Source: an uncultured Gammaproteobacteria bacterium (GTDB lineage Bacteria; Patescibacteriota; Microgenomatia; UBA10105; UBA927). Taken from it: a DNA stretch of 64,000 bases. The stretch lies in assembly GCA_964527425.1 (NCBI GenBank), contig CAZGOA010000001.1:20842-84841 (forward strand). Reading direction: 5' to 3'. The notes beneath the pieces are model-generated. The model was not told the origin of the DNA. It worked only from the letters and a program-made list of their open reading frames with translations, and made no database searches. Made by a program: the position numbers and the translations under genes. Position 1 is the first letter of the stretch; every line of letters begins with the position of its first letter. Of this stretch, positions 20,293 to 30,572 are shown piece after piece.

Positions 20293-22249
20293 GTTGTTTT
20301 AATTGAATGATACTTATTACTAATAACAATACAATCATGCTGATAAACGATATAGTTGCACCCCATATCGCATAATACTGAGGTATAAAAACCAGTTCAA
20401 CAGAATGTAACAATTCATTTTTAGGTAATGGAAAAGACATGAAACCCAAAGAGGTTTTTACAGGTTCGATCTCTCTATTCTTAGTTTTTAATATCCACTG
20501 TGGATGATAATTCATCAAAAAAAATACCTCGGATATATTCTTATCTTTAATATTCACTGAATAATGTGAAGAAGTATGTTGAATATAGGATAAACCTGTA
20601 CCACTTGAATCTGAGATAAGTGGTGGTGGTAAACCTAAATCATACAAATGTAATTCATTAAACCCTGAAATTTTCGGTATTTGCATCTCGTTTAAAATAG
20701 TAATGTATTTTTCGCGTCTAGTAGGATCATACCGATATTCTGTAAGATACACTTTTTGGGATATATCTGTGGCAACAGCTATATAACGTATTCCTTTACT
20801 TTTTACCGCCTCAATAAAAGATGAAGATGTTGCCTGCTCTGCTAATACATTTTCGTTAAAAGAATCAATTAGCACATTTGCATCAACCATCGGATGCAAA
20901 CTGCTATTGTATGCAAATCGATCATGTTCAGGAATCCATAATACTCTACTAAACTCTTGATCATTCATCATGTAATCTTTGTATCTTTTATACTCGTTAG
21001 AATATTTCGGAGGTGAAAAATTACCTGTAAGCATACCCAAAAATAACTCTTTATGCACAATTCCCCAAAAAATGATTATAAGTAGACTAAATATGTATAC
21101 GAACTTAGAATACTTTTTTTTATCAATTCGAAATTTTTGTAGTATTGCTACCACTGATGCTGGAATTAACACTGAATATGATAGCGATATCAAACTATAA
21201 AACTTGGTTGGATCTCGAAACATGACAAAGCCAGGAATGTGTTCAAAGAAGAAATTATAAACACCACCAAATGGTTCGTTAGTACCTTTAGCTAAAAAAG
21301 ATCCAACAAGACTCAAGACTACAAAAAATAGAATAAATCGGTTAGATGAAAAAACTAATACTGAAAAAGCGATTAATGGGATCAATAAAAATCCAGATTG
21401 GAAAAAATGAACATATCCAAACAGATTTTCTGGCCAGTTGGGGTGCAACAAACTGATAGTATGGCTAAAATCTGCAAAACTCAAAAAATCAACCATTCCA
21501 ACACTATTAATTTCATTTCCTAAACTCGAAACAATATTGTTTGTTAGTATTGCTGGTACAAGCCAATATGAGTGTATGAGCAGGAATAATACACCCACTA
21601 TGCTAAATGAAATAATACTGTTATATAAAATAACGCTAGAAAATAATTGTTTATTATAATAAACAATTAAACCCAATAAGTACATACAAATTAACAGCAT
21701 ACCAACATATCCGAATCTCAAATCACTGGCTATTAATGAAGAAGTAATCAACGATGTTTTTATTAATATGAGAAGATTTTTATTACAATGATACTTTACA
21801 ATAAAGTGACTACCCAACAAAGATTTAGTCAGAATTATCCAATAATAAAAAAAGAGAGGAAGTAACGAATATCCTACAAATACACCTAATTGACCACCTC
21901 CAAATATCATAAGTGCATATGTGTTTGTAGAATAAATAATTGCTGAAATTATTGAAAGCTGAGATGATGCAAAAAAATATTTACTTAATTTAAATGCAGA
22001 ATAAAAACATAACCCAACAATTCCCAACCAAATACATTTATCAATTAACCACCAATCAAACCCAAACAAACTTAATACCTTAATTGTCAATTGAAGTGGA
22101 TAATCATACCAAAGTCTATATATAACTGATTCACCCAAACCATGTACATCATTCCACACAACTGGATACCATGTGATTGATTGTATTTGATCTGAATAAA
22201 AAAATGGTGCGTCTCCCCCAGCAAAATAACGAGAAAACCAATCAATCAT
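20285..22249 (-). CDS. GT-C glycosyltransferase, AftD(DUF3367)/YfhO-like
   Basis: GGD near the N-terminus, KGTNEPFG, IPGFVMFRDPTKF, RVLWIP, YHPQW, C-terminal TM. Confidence 0.68.
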   Translation of the reverse strand: MIDWFSRYFAGGDAPFFYSDQIQSITWYPVVWNDVHGLGESVIYRLWYDYPLQLTIKVLSLFGFDWWLIDKCIWLGIVGLCFYSAFKLSKYFFASSQLSIISAIIYSTNTYALMIFGGGQLGVFVGYSLLPLFFYYWIILTKSLLGSHFIVKYHCNKNLLILIKTSLITSSLIASDLRFGYVGMLLICMYLLGLIVYYNKQLFSSVILYNSIISFSIVGVLFLLIHSYWLVPAILTNNIVSSLGNEINSVGMVDFLSFADFSHTISLLHPNWPENLFGYVHFFQSGFLLIPLIAFSVLVFSSNRFILFFVVLSLVGSFLAKGTNEPFGGVYNFFFEHIPGFVMFRDPTKFYSLISLSYSVLIPASVVAILQKFRIDKKKYSKFVYIFSLLIIIFWGIVHKELFLGMLTGNFSPPKYSNEYKRYKDYMMNDQEFSRVLWIPEHDRFAYNSSLHPMVDANVLIDSFNENVLAEQATSSSFIEAVKSKGIRYIAVATDISQKVYLTEYRYDPTRREKYITILNEMQIPKISGFNELHLYDLGLPPPLISDSSGTGLSYIQHTSSHYSVNIKDKNISEVFFLMNYHPQWILKTKNREIEPVKTSLGFMSFPLPKNELLHSVELVFIPQYYAIWGATISFISMIVLLLVISIIQLKQHD

Positions 22250-23274
22250 ATGTTTTTATTTCGTGTACTTTTTTTTAGTTTAATAAATAAATTATCTATT
22301 TCTGATTTAGTGTACCCAAATAACGTTACCCAACAAGCAATTGGATGCATGAACCATGCTATATCTGGTTTTACAATATATCCGCGCAAACTCATTAATA
22401 TATTTGGAATCAGTGTAATTGTACAAAAACAAAAAATCATTAATGAGAGTAAATCGTTAACGTTTTTAAAATCAAAAACAATATAATCTCTTTTTTTTAT
22501 AGACGTATCTATATACTGGTTTCGGTAAATAACTCTTCTCTTTATAAAACGTCTTAAACTTTTCCCGGTAAAATGTACTATGGAATTATTTACTACTCCG
22601 AATTGATTATATTGCTTTATTACTAATCTCATAAACATATCAGTGTGTAAAAATTGTTCTCCTTCAATAATTACCGATTTTAATTCTTTTATGCGAACCA
22701 TATGACCATTATCACCTAATGTTGGAAGATTATTAGGATTAAACATAACTGTCTCATATTTTGAATTTTTTGAAATAATATGACCTTTCTTATAATCGGT
22801 TTCATAATGGGTTAATTTTTCTGACTTACCAAGAAACAACACAAAAGGATCATTAATGCCAAATAATCCACAATACCGAGTCAATAAAGGCATACGTTTA
22901 TCAACATAATTATATTTGCTAAAAGTTCCAACAATATGAGGATTATCAATAAACGGTTGAACCATATATGCAAGCCACGTTTTAGATGTAACAAAATTAT
23001 CAAATTCTAGTATTAATAATAAATCACCATTTACTAATTTAATTCCTTTCGCTGCCCTCATTAACGCAAAATCTTTATATTGTCTTTGAACTATAACTTC
23101 ACACCCAAATGATTTAGCTATTTCAATAGAACCATTTGTAGAACCACCATCCATAACAATATGGCGAATTCTATTTTTAGGATACTCTTGCTGAGCTAAA
23201 TTTATTAAACATTGCTTAACAAGATATATATCAGTGTTGTAAGAGACTGTTAATATTGTTACAAATGGTTTCAT
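22246..23274 (-). CDS. GT2 glycosyltransferase with C-terminal membrane segment
   Basis: QEYP, MDGGSTNGS, LEFDN, PTLGDNG; related to 28415..29425. Confidence 0.82.
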   Translation of the reverse strand: MKPFVTILTVSYNTDIYLVKQCLINLAQQEYPKNRIRHIVMDGGSTNGSIEIAKSFGCEVIVQRQYKDFALMRAAKGIKLVNGDLLLILEFDNFVTSKTWLAYMVQPFIDNPHIVGTFSKYNYVDKRMPLLTRYCGLFGINDPFVLFLGKSEKLTHYETDYKKGHIISKNSKYETVMFNPNNLPTLGDNGHMVRIKELKSVIIEGEQFLHTDMFMRLVIKQYNQFGVVNNSIVHFTGKSLRRFIKRRVIYRNQYIDTSIKKRDYIVFDFKNVNDLLSLMIFCFCTITLIPNILMSLRGYIVKPDIAWFMHPIACWVTLFGYTKSEIDNLFIKLKKSTRNKNI

Positions 23275-26200
23275 ATTTTTGATTTTTTTATATCCATATA
23301 TATATAGACAGAAAATACTCCTAAACTTAAGAAGGTTATAAGAAAACCACTAATTACAAATATTTGAGGTAAAAAGTAAAATGTATACTTAGTACTTTCT
23401 GAAGATGCAGGGATTACCCAACCATTACTAAATCCAAACAACTCTATATGTTTTTCGGTAGATTCTTCATTTGAACTAGAAAATAAGGCTAATACATATA
23501 AAAAGACAGAAAAAATATTTTCATTAGTATTTTTTGACTTTACTATTTTCCAACCAGGATGATATGTAGAAGGGATAGAAAGTATACGCGGATATTTTGA
23601 TGAAGGAATGGTAACGGTAAACACTACAGGACTCATTTGAACATATCGTTCTACCTCTTGCGCGGGCTGATTTATTTCATTAATGACCCTCTTAACATAT
23701 ATACTAGGAATATGTTTATGAACAATATTCCTAATAGTGCGTAATTCTATATTATGTAGACCTTCATTGAGCATCAACGGTTTATTATCATTTACCTTAT
23801 TACCGTCGATAAAGATGTCCCAAAAAATCTTATCCGTATCTTTAAAAATAATTTCAAGATTTTCTTCAGTTTCAGGCAGCGTTACAGCATATTTGTAAAT
23901 ATTTCTTTCTGGATCAGAGATAATAACTTTTTTACTAATTTTGTTTAGCATTTCATTAAGGAATGGGTTAATCTCAGTAAATTGATTTTTGTTTGCTTCT
24001 ACATACCGTAATTGTGCTAATAAAAATGCATATATACGAGATCTATATTCCTGTTGTCTTTCTGGAACAAGTTTACTCAAATTGATAATAATATCTTCTA
24101 TAAAGGTTTTGTAAACTGCTATTTTTTGAAATTCATTAGGAATCTTTAGTAGTGCTCTATTAGAGAATGATAAATCCATATCAATTTTTGAACCTGGATC
24201 TATTGTTGGATTGTTGTATAGCTTTGTTTCTTTATGTGAAAGTAATCCCTGACTATTTATTGAAGATGTATTATACGCTGCTATATCGATGCTACTCACA
24301 AAATTTTCAAATTCATTCTCTTTGCAATACAAACAATTAGCTTTCCATATTTGTGTATTAACTTCTTTCAAAACAGATTGAGCTGGCAAAAAAGAATCAT
24401 ACATTACAGCAGCATTACTGGCATTTAATGATAAAAGATGGTTCATTGAATCTTTAGGAGCAAACACCTGCGTTAATGAATTATAAACAAACGGCTTAAC
24501 ATCAGCGTTAATCTCATACAAAGACCATTCTCCTCTCTCTAATACTTTTTTAATCAAAGGAGTTGTATCAAGTAGAGTAGACCATGTACTAATCATTTTT
24601 TGTTTAAACTGTGTATCTTTTATTTCAATATCTTTTCTAAAGAGTATATGAGATATACCCATTAAGTTACTAAGTTGATTTACACTTTTTATTTCTTCAT
24701 TTTTTAAAGAGTTTAGTAATGATTGAATAATTTCTGGAGTTCCTGCAGAATTACCTACTACTGGTTTATCAAATAACAACCATTGAAAAGGTTCCAAACT
24801 ATAATAACCCCATGTGTAAGTATCAGTTGGTACATTAATATACCCTGTATCAATTTCAGGAACAATTAATATTTTTTTGACAGCTTGAGATGATTTTATA
24901 TATTCATCTACCTGATATACATACGTTGGAACGTTAACAAGTGTCGAAAATCCCCAAGTAAACGCAAAAGGATTATTTATAAAAATTGGTATGTGATACA
25001 GAAATATTCCTAAGATTATTACCGCAGAAATTAATAATCGATTTTTTTGGAAAATATTTTTAACATCAGTAAGTATATAGATACTGTATGAAAATAATAT
25101 GCTCATTGAGAAAATTGTTAATGGCATGAATTTGTAATAACTTGAACGAAATATCGCAAAACCAGGAATCTTTCGCATCATTAATTCAAAAATAATTCCT
25201 GTTGGGGGATGTGTTCCTGTAGAAAAAATAATTCCTAAGACAAACAATAATAATAATGTATAAAACCAAAAAGTATAATATTTCCTTTTTCTCTTGAACG
25301 TAATATAAATTAATGCAGCGAAAATTAGTAATATGGGAATTAATCCCATACTATACAAAATAATGTTTGAATAGTTGTTTGAATATGAATATGCATTTTC
25401 ACCAATCCAATTTGGTGAGCCTGTTATTCTGATTACGTTCAGTATGCTTGCATTAACACTTACCATTTTCTCCCAAAGAATAGCACCCTCGATACCTCCC
25501 ACTGCTGATACTGTAGATGAATAACCTGTTGTTAAATATGATAAAAAAGGTAATAACCAATACGCTTGAGATAATATACCTGAGAAGAGTAACCCAATGA
25601 CTATTAATAGAGTTCTTCTTAATCCAGCAATACGAAATAAGGTAATTTCTCTTAATCCGAATACAAAAACCAATAGGAATACTGCGATACCATAAGCTCC
25701 TAATAAAGGAGGTAATCCTGCACTATTAAATAAAAAAAACACAAAAAAATAATATACTAATGATCGAATAATAGTAGACCTTCTAATAAATAGATTATGT
25801 AAAATTAGACACGTTAATGGTAATAAAACAAATAATGAAAACTTAGGCCTATCTGCAATAAACCACAATTCAAACATAAAAAAATTTATTGTATAAAAAA
25901 CTGGACCTATGATTCGTATAATTCTGTAATCAATTGCAGGAAATAACGTTCTCAAGAAGATGTACATAGATATACTCATTAAGAAAAACCATCCTAAGAG
26001 TATAATTCGTTGACCAATATCGATCCCACATATGTACATAACTGTTGTTTCAACAACATTCATAGTAAAAAAGCCACGGGGATACGGCCAATCATTTCCC
26101 GTACTAAAGTTATTATTCCAAGCATAAAAGTGATTTATCACCTGATTTTGAGGTTGTAAGGAAAACGCAGAATCATGACCTAAAACTATACCACCCGACC

Positions 26201-26279
26201 TCATCCACCATAGAGGTAGTAAAGAGAGTAAAAAAAGAAATAATACCTCAGGTATATAATGTTTCCATTGCTTGAGCAT
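23271..26279 (-). CDS. Large GT-C glycosyltransferase, AftD/YfhO-like, with an extended extracellular region
   Basis: GHDS, AYWLLP, IPGFAIFRSSYYKF, YHPGW, NGW, C-terminal TM; start taken at ATG 26279. Confidence 0.68.
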   Translation of the reverse strand: MLKQWKHYIPEVLFLFLLSLLPLWWMRSGGIVLGHDSAFSLQPQNQVINHFYAWNNNFSTGNDWPYPRGFFTMNVVETTVMYICGIDIGQRIILLGWFFLMSISMYIFLRTLFPAIDYRIIRIIGPVFYTINFFMFELWFIADRPKFSLFVLLPLTCLILHNLFIRRSTIIRSLVYYFFVFFLFNSAGLPPLLGAYGIAVFLLVFVFGLREITLFRIAGLRRTLLIVIGLLFSGILSQAYWLLPFLSYLTTGYSSTVSAVGGIEGAILWEKMVSVNASILNVIRITGSPNWIGENAYSYSNNYSNIILYSMGLIPILLIFAALIYITFKRKRKYYTFWFYTLLLLFVLGIIFSTGTHPPTGIIFELMMRKIPGFAIFRSSYYKFMPLTIFSMSILFSYSIYILTDVKNIFQKNRLLISAVIILGIFLYHIPIFINNPFAFTWGFSTLVNVPTYVYQVDEYIKSSQAVKKILIVPEIDTGYINVPTDTYTWGYYSLEPFQWLLFDKPVVGNSAGTPEIIQSLLNSLKNEEIKSVNQLSNLMGISHILFRKDIEIKDTQFKQKMISTWSTLLDTTPLIKKVLERGEWSLYEINADVKPFVYNSLTQVFAPKDSMNHLLSLNASNAAVMYDSFLPAQSVLKEVNTQIWKANCLYCKENEFENFVSSIDIAAYNTSSINSQGLLSHKETKLYNNPTIDPGSKIDMDLSFSNRALLKIPNEFQKIAVYKTFIEDIIINLSKLVPERQQEYRSRIYAFLLAQLRYVEANKNQFTEINPFLNEMLNKISKKVIISDPERNIYKYAVTLPETEENLEIIFKDTDKIFWDIFIDGNKVNDNKPLMLNEGLHNIELRTIRNIVHKHIPSIYVKRVINEINQPAQEVERYVQMSPVVFTVTIPSSKYPRILSIPSTYHPGWKIVKSKNTNENIFSVFLYVLALFSSSNEESTEKHIELFGFSNGWVIPASSESTKYTFYFLPQIFVISGFLITFLSLGVFSVYIYMDIKKSKI

Positions 26280-27435
26280 AGGACTTCCAAGTAAAGGTTG
26301 ATAGTACATAATCTTTACCTTTATTTGCAATATTCTTTTTTCTATTTTCCGAACGAATATAATAAATTATCGCATTACTTAACTGTTCAATATTTCCTCC
26401 ATCATATAAAAGTGCATCTATTTTATCATGTAAAACTTCTGCTACTCCTGATCCTCGAGATACTATTACTGGCGTTCCCAAAGCCAAAGATTCAAGAACC
26501 GTAAGCCCCCATGTTTGCGGAGAATTAGGAAATACTAACATATCTGCAGCAGATATATATTCCATTCGATCATTATCATTGACGAATCGGTTAATTATGT
26601 ATACTTTATGATTAATTTCCAAAGTATTAATTAACTTTTTGAGTTTATTTGCATATTTTAGATCGGCATTTAAATTAGAAAGTAAAATGAATACAAGATC
26701 ATATGATTTTTTATTTAAAACGCTTAGTGCTGAAAGGATATCTTCGTATCTGCGATGAGGAGAAAGAATATTTGCACCTATAGAAATTATGGAATTGGGA
26801 GAAATACCCAATTCTTTTCGTATATCCTTGGTTGGTATAAATTCTAAATATTTTTTTCTATCTACACCGCTTCGTATGATATGTATTTTTGAGGTATCTT
26901 TCTTAAGCCAAGATGTAACTAGACTGTAATTGCGCTTATCTAATACTGTTATTGCATCAATTGTAGTACCTGCATGTCTATCAATAAATAATTTGAAACG
27001 AGTGAATAAAGACTTACTAAGTCTCGGTGGAACATCATTAATTGTAGTAATTTTTCTTGTTGAAGAACTTTTTATTCCTGATTGAATCCACATCGTCATC
27101 CAATCATGACCGTGTAAAATATCAAATTTATTCCGACGTATTATTATGTGAAATAAAGGAGTATTTAATAAAGCTATGTATAACATTATTGTTTCAATAA
27201 AAAATATATTTATGTTAAACATTCTTATTAATATACTGGGAAAAGGTAATATAGATTTAACCTTAAACTTTTTATAACCTATATCCGCTGTTTCTGGTAT
27301 ATATATACAAGTAAGAATGGTAATAGTATACCCTTCTTCAACCAAAGATTTTGATAATTCTAAACATTGTTTTGCAGTCCCATTCTGCGTAATTAACACA
27401 GGAAGTAGCATACAAACATGCAGTTTTTTTTTCAT
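26248..27435 (-). CDS. GT4 glycosyltransferase
   Basis: HGHDW, IRSGVD, FPNSPQTWGLTVLESLALGTPV. Confidence 0.85.
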   Translation of the reverse strand: MKKKLHVCMLLPVLITQNGTAKQCLELSKSLVEEGYTITILTCIYIPETADIGYKKFKVKSILPFPSILIRMFNINIFFIETIMLYIALLNTPLFHIIIRRNKFDILHGHDWMTMWIQSGIKSSSTRKITTINDVPPRLSKSLFTRFKLFIDRHAGTTIDAITVLDKRNYSLVTSWLKKDTSKIHIIRSGVDRKKYLEFIPTKDIRKELGISPNSIISIGANILSPHRRYEDILSALSVLNKKSYDLVFILLSNLNADLKYANKLKKLINTLEINHKVYIINRFVNDNDRMEYISAADMLVFPNSPQTWGLTVLESLALGTPVIVSRGSGVAEVLHDKIDALLYDGGNIEQLSNAIIYYIRSENRKKNIANKGKDYVLSTFTWKSYAQAMETLYT

Positions 27436-28353
27436 TTATAAAGTTATGTTAAGGAGTTTTAAAATTATTGCCTTTTGTATGTGAAGTCTATTTTCAGCTT
27501 CATCCCAAACAATGGATTGTGGCCCATCAATAATTTCATCGGTAATTTCATCATTTCTATGTGCTGGTAAACAATGCATAACAACGACATTCTTTTTTGC
27601 ATATTGCAATAGTTTTTTGTTTACTTGATAAGGTCTTAACGCTTTTTCTCGCTCCTCTTTGTCTGTTTTTCCCATACTTACCCATACATCTGTAACTACT
27701 ACATCTGCATTTTTTACAGCTACAGAAGGGTCTGTTATCATATCAAATGTTCCGTTATATTTTTTAGATAATACTTCTATTTCTTTAACTATTTCTTTAT
27801 TCATTTCATACATTTTAGGAGATGAAACACGACAGTGCATACCTAATTGCATAGCTAGTATAGCTAAACTATTTGTCATATTATTATCTCCGTCTCCTAC
27901 ATATGTTAATGTAAATTTAGATAATTCTTTCTGTCTTTCCCATAAAGTAAACATATCTGCTAATACTTGACATGGATGAAATTCATCACTTAGTCCGTTA
28001 ATAACTGGCTTACCTGAATATTTAGATATCGTAACCACATCATCGTGAGAAAAAACTCTTGCCATAATAATATCGACATATCTGCCTAATACTCTGGCTG
28101 TATCAGCAATTGTTTCCCCTCTAGAAAGTTGTAGATCATTTGCACCTAAATACAACGCATGTCCACCCAATTCTGTCATCCCGACTTCAAAACTAACTCG
28201 TGTTCTTGTTGATGGTTTTTGGAAAATCATTGCCATTGATTTTCCTTTCAAATATGAATAATATCTTTTTTGCTTTATTTTTTTAGCAGTTTTAAACAAT
28301 TCATAAATTTCTTTTAGTGAGAAATCAGTAGTGGTTAATAGAGATAGAGGCAT
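27436..28353 (-). CDS. argF: Ornithine carbamoyltransferase
   Basis: FQKPSTRTR (carbamoyl-phosphate site), HPCQ, DVWVSMG (ornithine SMG loop), HCLP, AENR. Confidence 0.95.
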   Translation of the reverse strand: MPLSLLTTTDFSLKEIYELFKTAKKIKQKRYYSYLKGKSMAMIFQKPSTRTRVSFEVGMTELGGHALYLGANDLQLSRGETIADTARVLGRYVDIIMARVFSHDDVVTISKYSGKPVINGLSDEFHPCQVLADMFTLWERQKELSKFTLTYVGDGDNNMTNSLAILAMQLGMHCRVSSPKMYEMNKEIVKEIEVLSKKYNGTFDMITDPSVAVKNADVVVTDVWVSMGKTDKEEREKALRPYQVNKKLLQYAKKNVVVMHCLPAHRNDEITDEIIDGPQSIVWDEAENRLHIQKAIILKLLNITL

Positions 28354-28378
28354 AATAGACGGTTTTCTATTTATTTAA

Positions 28379-28407
28379 TTGCTCTTCTTTAATTTTAGAA
28401 GTATTAT
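28379..28407 (+). promoter_or_regulatory. Sigma70-type, probably leaderless promoter
   Basis: TTGCTC-17 nt-TATTAT-7 nt-ATG(28415). Confidence 0.6.
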
Positions 28408-28414
28408 TGCACTT

Positions 28415-29425
28415 ATGCAGAAGTTAGTCTACCCTAAAGTTACGTTCATAATACCCACATTAAATGCATCTTTTTACTTGCCAAAATGTTTAGATGCTAT
28501 TCGATCTCAAAAGTATCCACAAAAAAAAATCGAAATTATTATTGCAGATGGTGGATCTTGTGACAATACAATAAAAATTGCAAAAAAATATAACACAAAG
28601 ATTATTTCTAATCCTGAGGTTCTCCATGAGCAAGGCAAATCTAGAGCTTCAAAGGTTGCAACTGGAGGCATTTTATTCTATACCGATGCTGATAATATTC
28701 TATCTACTCAACACTGGATAGAAATGATGATTAAACCTTATATTAAAGAAAAAAATGTTGTCGGGTTCCTACCTCAAACGATTCCAGCTCCTGACTCAAA
28801 CCCGCTTGATAAATATTTAGGTTATTTGTTTACTGATCCTTTCACATGGTTTGTTTATGGGCTTAGCGCTAACCCTCAAACATATCACCTAAAATACAAA
28901 CCAATTAAAATAACAAAAGATTACGAATTATATAAATTTAAAGGACTTGATTATCCTTTATTTGGACTTTCACAAGGCGTGGGTACTGTAAAAGATTTTA
29001 AACGCTCACAACATGCATATGCCGATGATTTACTGGCTGGTATAAAACTCATGAGAGATGGTGGTGTTATCGCATATATACCTCAAGCGGGAGTTTATCA
29101 CTATCATGTGTCAGGCTTTTCGAACTATATAAATAAATACAGATGGCGAGTAAGAAATAATCTTACTAAAAAAATTAAGGGTATGGGCATTTCCAACCGA
29201 ACTATTTATTTCAGTACAATGAGAAAAGTAAAAATGTTTTTATTCATTCCCTATGCACTTTCAATAGTATTCCCTATTATTGATTCAATTACACTCTCTA
29301 TTAAATATAAAGATAAAGTTATGCTGTACCACCTCCCTGCTACTTTAGTCCTTGCTTATCTAGTCATAGCAGAATATTTTCAATATTTATTCAAAACTAA
29401 TAATAATTTAGGAACATATGAATAA
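28415..29425 (+). CDS. GT2 glycosyltransferase with C-terminal membrane segment
   Basis: IIPTLN, QKYP, ADGGSCDNT, TDADN; start taken at ATG 28415. Confidence 0.85.
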   Translation: MQKLVYPKVTFIIPTLNASFYLPKCLDAIRSQKYPQKKIEIIIADGGSCDNTIKIAKKYNTKIISNPEVLHEQGKSRASKVATGGILFYTDADNILSTQHWIEMMIKPYIKEKNVVGFLPQTIPAPDSNPLDKYLGYLFTDPFTWFVYGLSANPQTYHLKYKPIKITKDYELYKFKGLDYPLFGLSQGVGTVKDFKRSQHAYADDLLAGIKLMRDGGVIAYIPQAGVYHYHVSGFSNYINKYRWRVRNNLTKKIKGMGISNRTIYFSTMRKVKMFLFIPYALSIVFPIIDSITLSIKYKDKVMLYHLPATLVLAYLVIAEYFQYLFKTNNNLGTYE

Positions 29426-30572
29426 ATACTCTTCAATTATATATGTTAATTTTGCACCGTATGAAAATGCGGGACATATACTTGATTATTTATTAGATAC
29501 ATATGAGATAGTAATACTCTTTTGCTTTAATTTTCATAAATTAACTAATAAAGAAGAACCAAGTTTGTTAAAAATTTATAAACTAAAAAAACTAACTTAT
29601 ACTCATAAACTTTACTATATACCTACTCCTCAAGCATTAGTTTTTGTACTTCTTCCTTTACGATCGGCAATAATTTTTTTGCAATTACTATGGCATATAC
29701 TAAGACTTCATATATCTATAGGTAAAATAGATACCTATTTTACTGTAAACGCTTTTACTGCTTGGTGTGGAATTATTTTTAAACGTTTACATTTTGTTAA
29801 CAGAACAATTTTCTGGGTATGGGATTATTACCCTCCAATTCATACGAATAAGATTGTCATGTTTATGAGATGGTTATATTGGTTGTATGATAAACCTGCC
29901 ACATTGCATTCAGACAAAATCGTTTTTTTGAATAAAAACTTAATAGAACTTAGAAAAAGACATAATATTCTAAAAAAAGATACAAAGTATTCTATTGTAG
30001 AAATCGGAACTAATCCTGTAAAAACAATCTCAATAAAGAAAAAATCATCAGTTAATCTTGTTTTTTTAGGTGTAATCAAGAAAAGTCAGGGATTAGATTT
30101 GTTATACGATGCTGCATCTGAAATCAAAGAAAATTTTCCATCTATTACTATTACAGTAATTGGATCTGGACCTGAAGAATCGCATTTTAAAAAAAGAGCC
30201 AAAAATACAAAATTAAAAACGAAATTTCTTGGATTTGTAGCAGATGATCAATTAGTAGATCTCACTATTAAACAAGCACACATTGGGTTGGCTTCTTATA
30301 TTCCAGAAAAGAGCAATGTTTCTTATTATAGTGACCCATCTAAGATAAAACGATATATTAGTTCAGGTATTCCTGTAATTACTACAGATGTTTTCGACTT
30401 TTCAAAAAAAATTAAGAAATTTAAAGCGGGTATATTAATTGAATATGATAAAAAAGAATTAGCTAGAGCTATAACTACAATATTAAAATCCTATTCTTTT
30501 TATCAAAAGAATGCATTAAATCTATCAGAGCAATATAAATATTCTACCATATACAAAAGAATTTTTAATTAA
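29418..30572 (+). CDS. GT4 glycosyltransferase
   Basis: WVWDYYP, FLGVIKKSQGLD, IGSGP, DPSKIKRYISSGIPVI; related to 33922..35097. Confidence 0.82.
   Translation: MNKYSSIIYVNFAPYENAGHILDYLLDTYEIVILFCFNFHKLTNKEEPSLLKIYKLKKLTYTHKLYYIPTPQALVFVLLPLRSAIIFLQLLWHILRLHISIGKIDTYFTVNAFTAWCGIIFKRLHFVNRTIFWVWDYYPPIHTNKIVMFMRWLYWLYDKPATLHSDKIVFLNKNLIELRKRHNILKKDTKYSIVEIGTNPVKTISIKKKSSVNLVFLGVIKKSQGLDLLYDAASEIKENFPSITITVIGSGPEESHFKKRAKNTKLKTKFLGFVADDQLVDLTIKQAHIGLASYIPEKSNVSYYSDPSKIKRYISSGIPVITTDVFDFSKKIKKFKAGILIEYDKKELARAITTILKSYSFYQKNALNLSEQYKYSTIYKRIFN

Noticed and set aside
27436-28353. Aspartate or putrescine carbamoyltransferase, or part of an arginine-deiminase operon
   Set aside because: The SMG and HCLP motifs indicate ornithine specificity, and no arcA, arcC, arcD or pyr genes are nearby.
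15077-30572. The two plus-strand gene pairs as invertible DNA segments
   Set aside because: No flanking inverted repeats or recombinase were found, and their 3' ends overlap neighbouring genes, so inversion would damage them.
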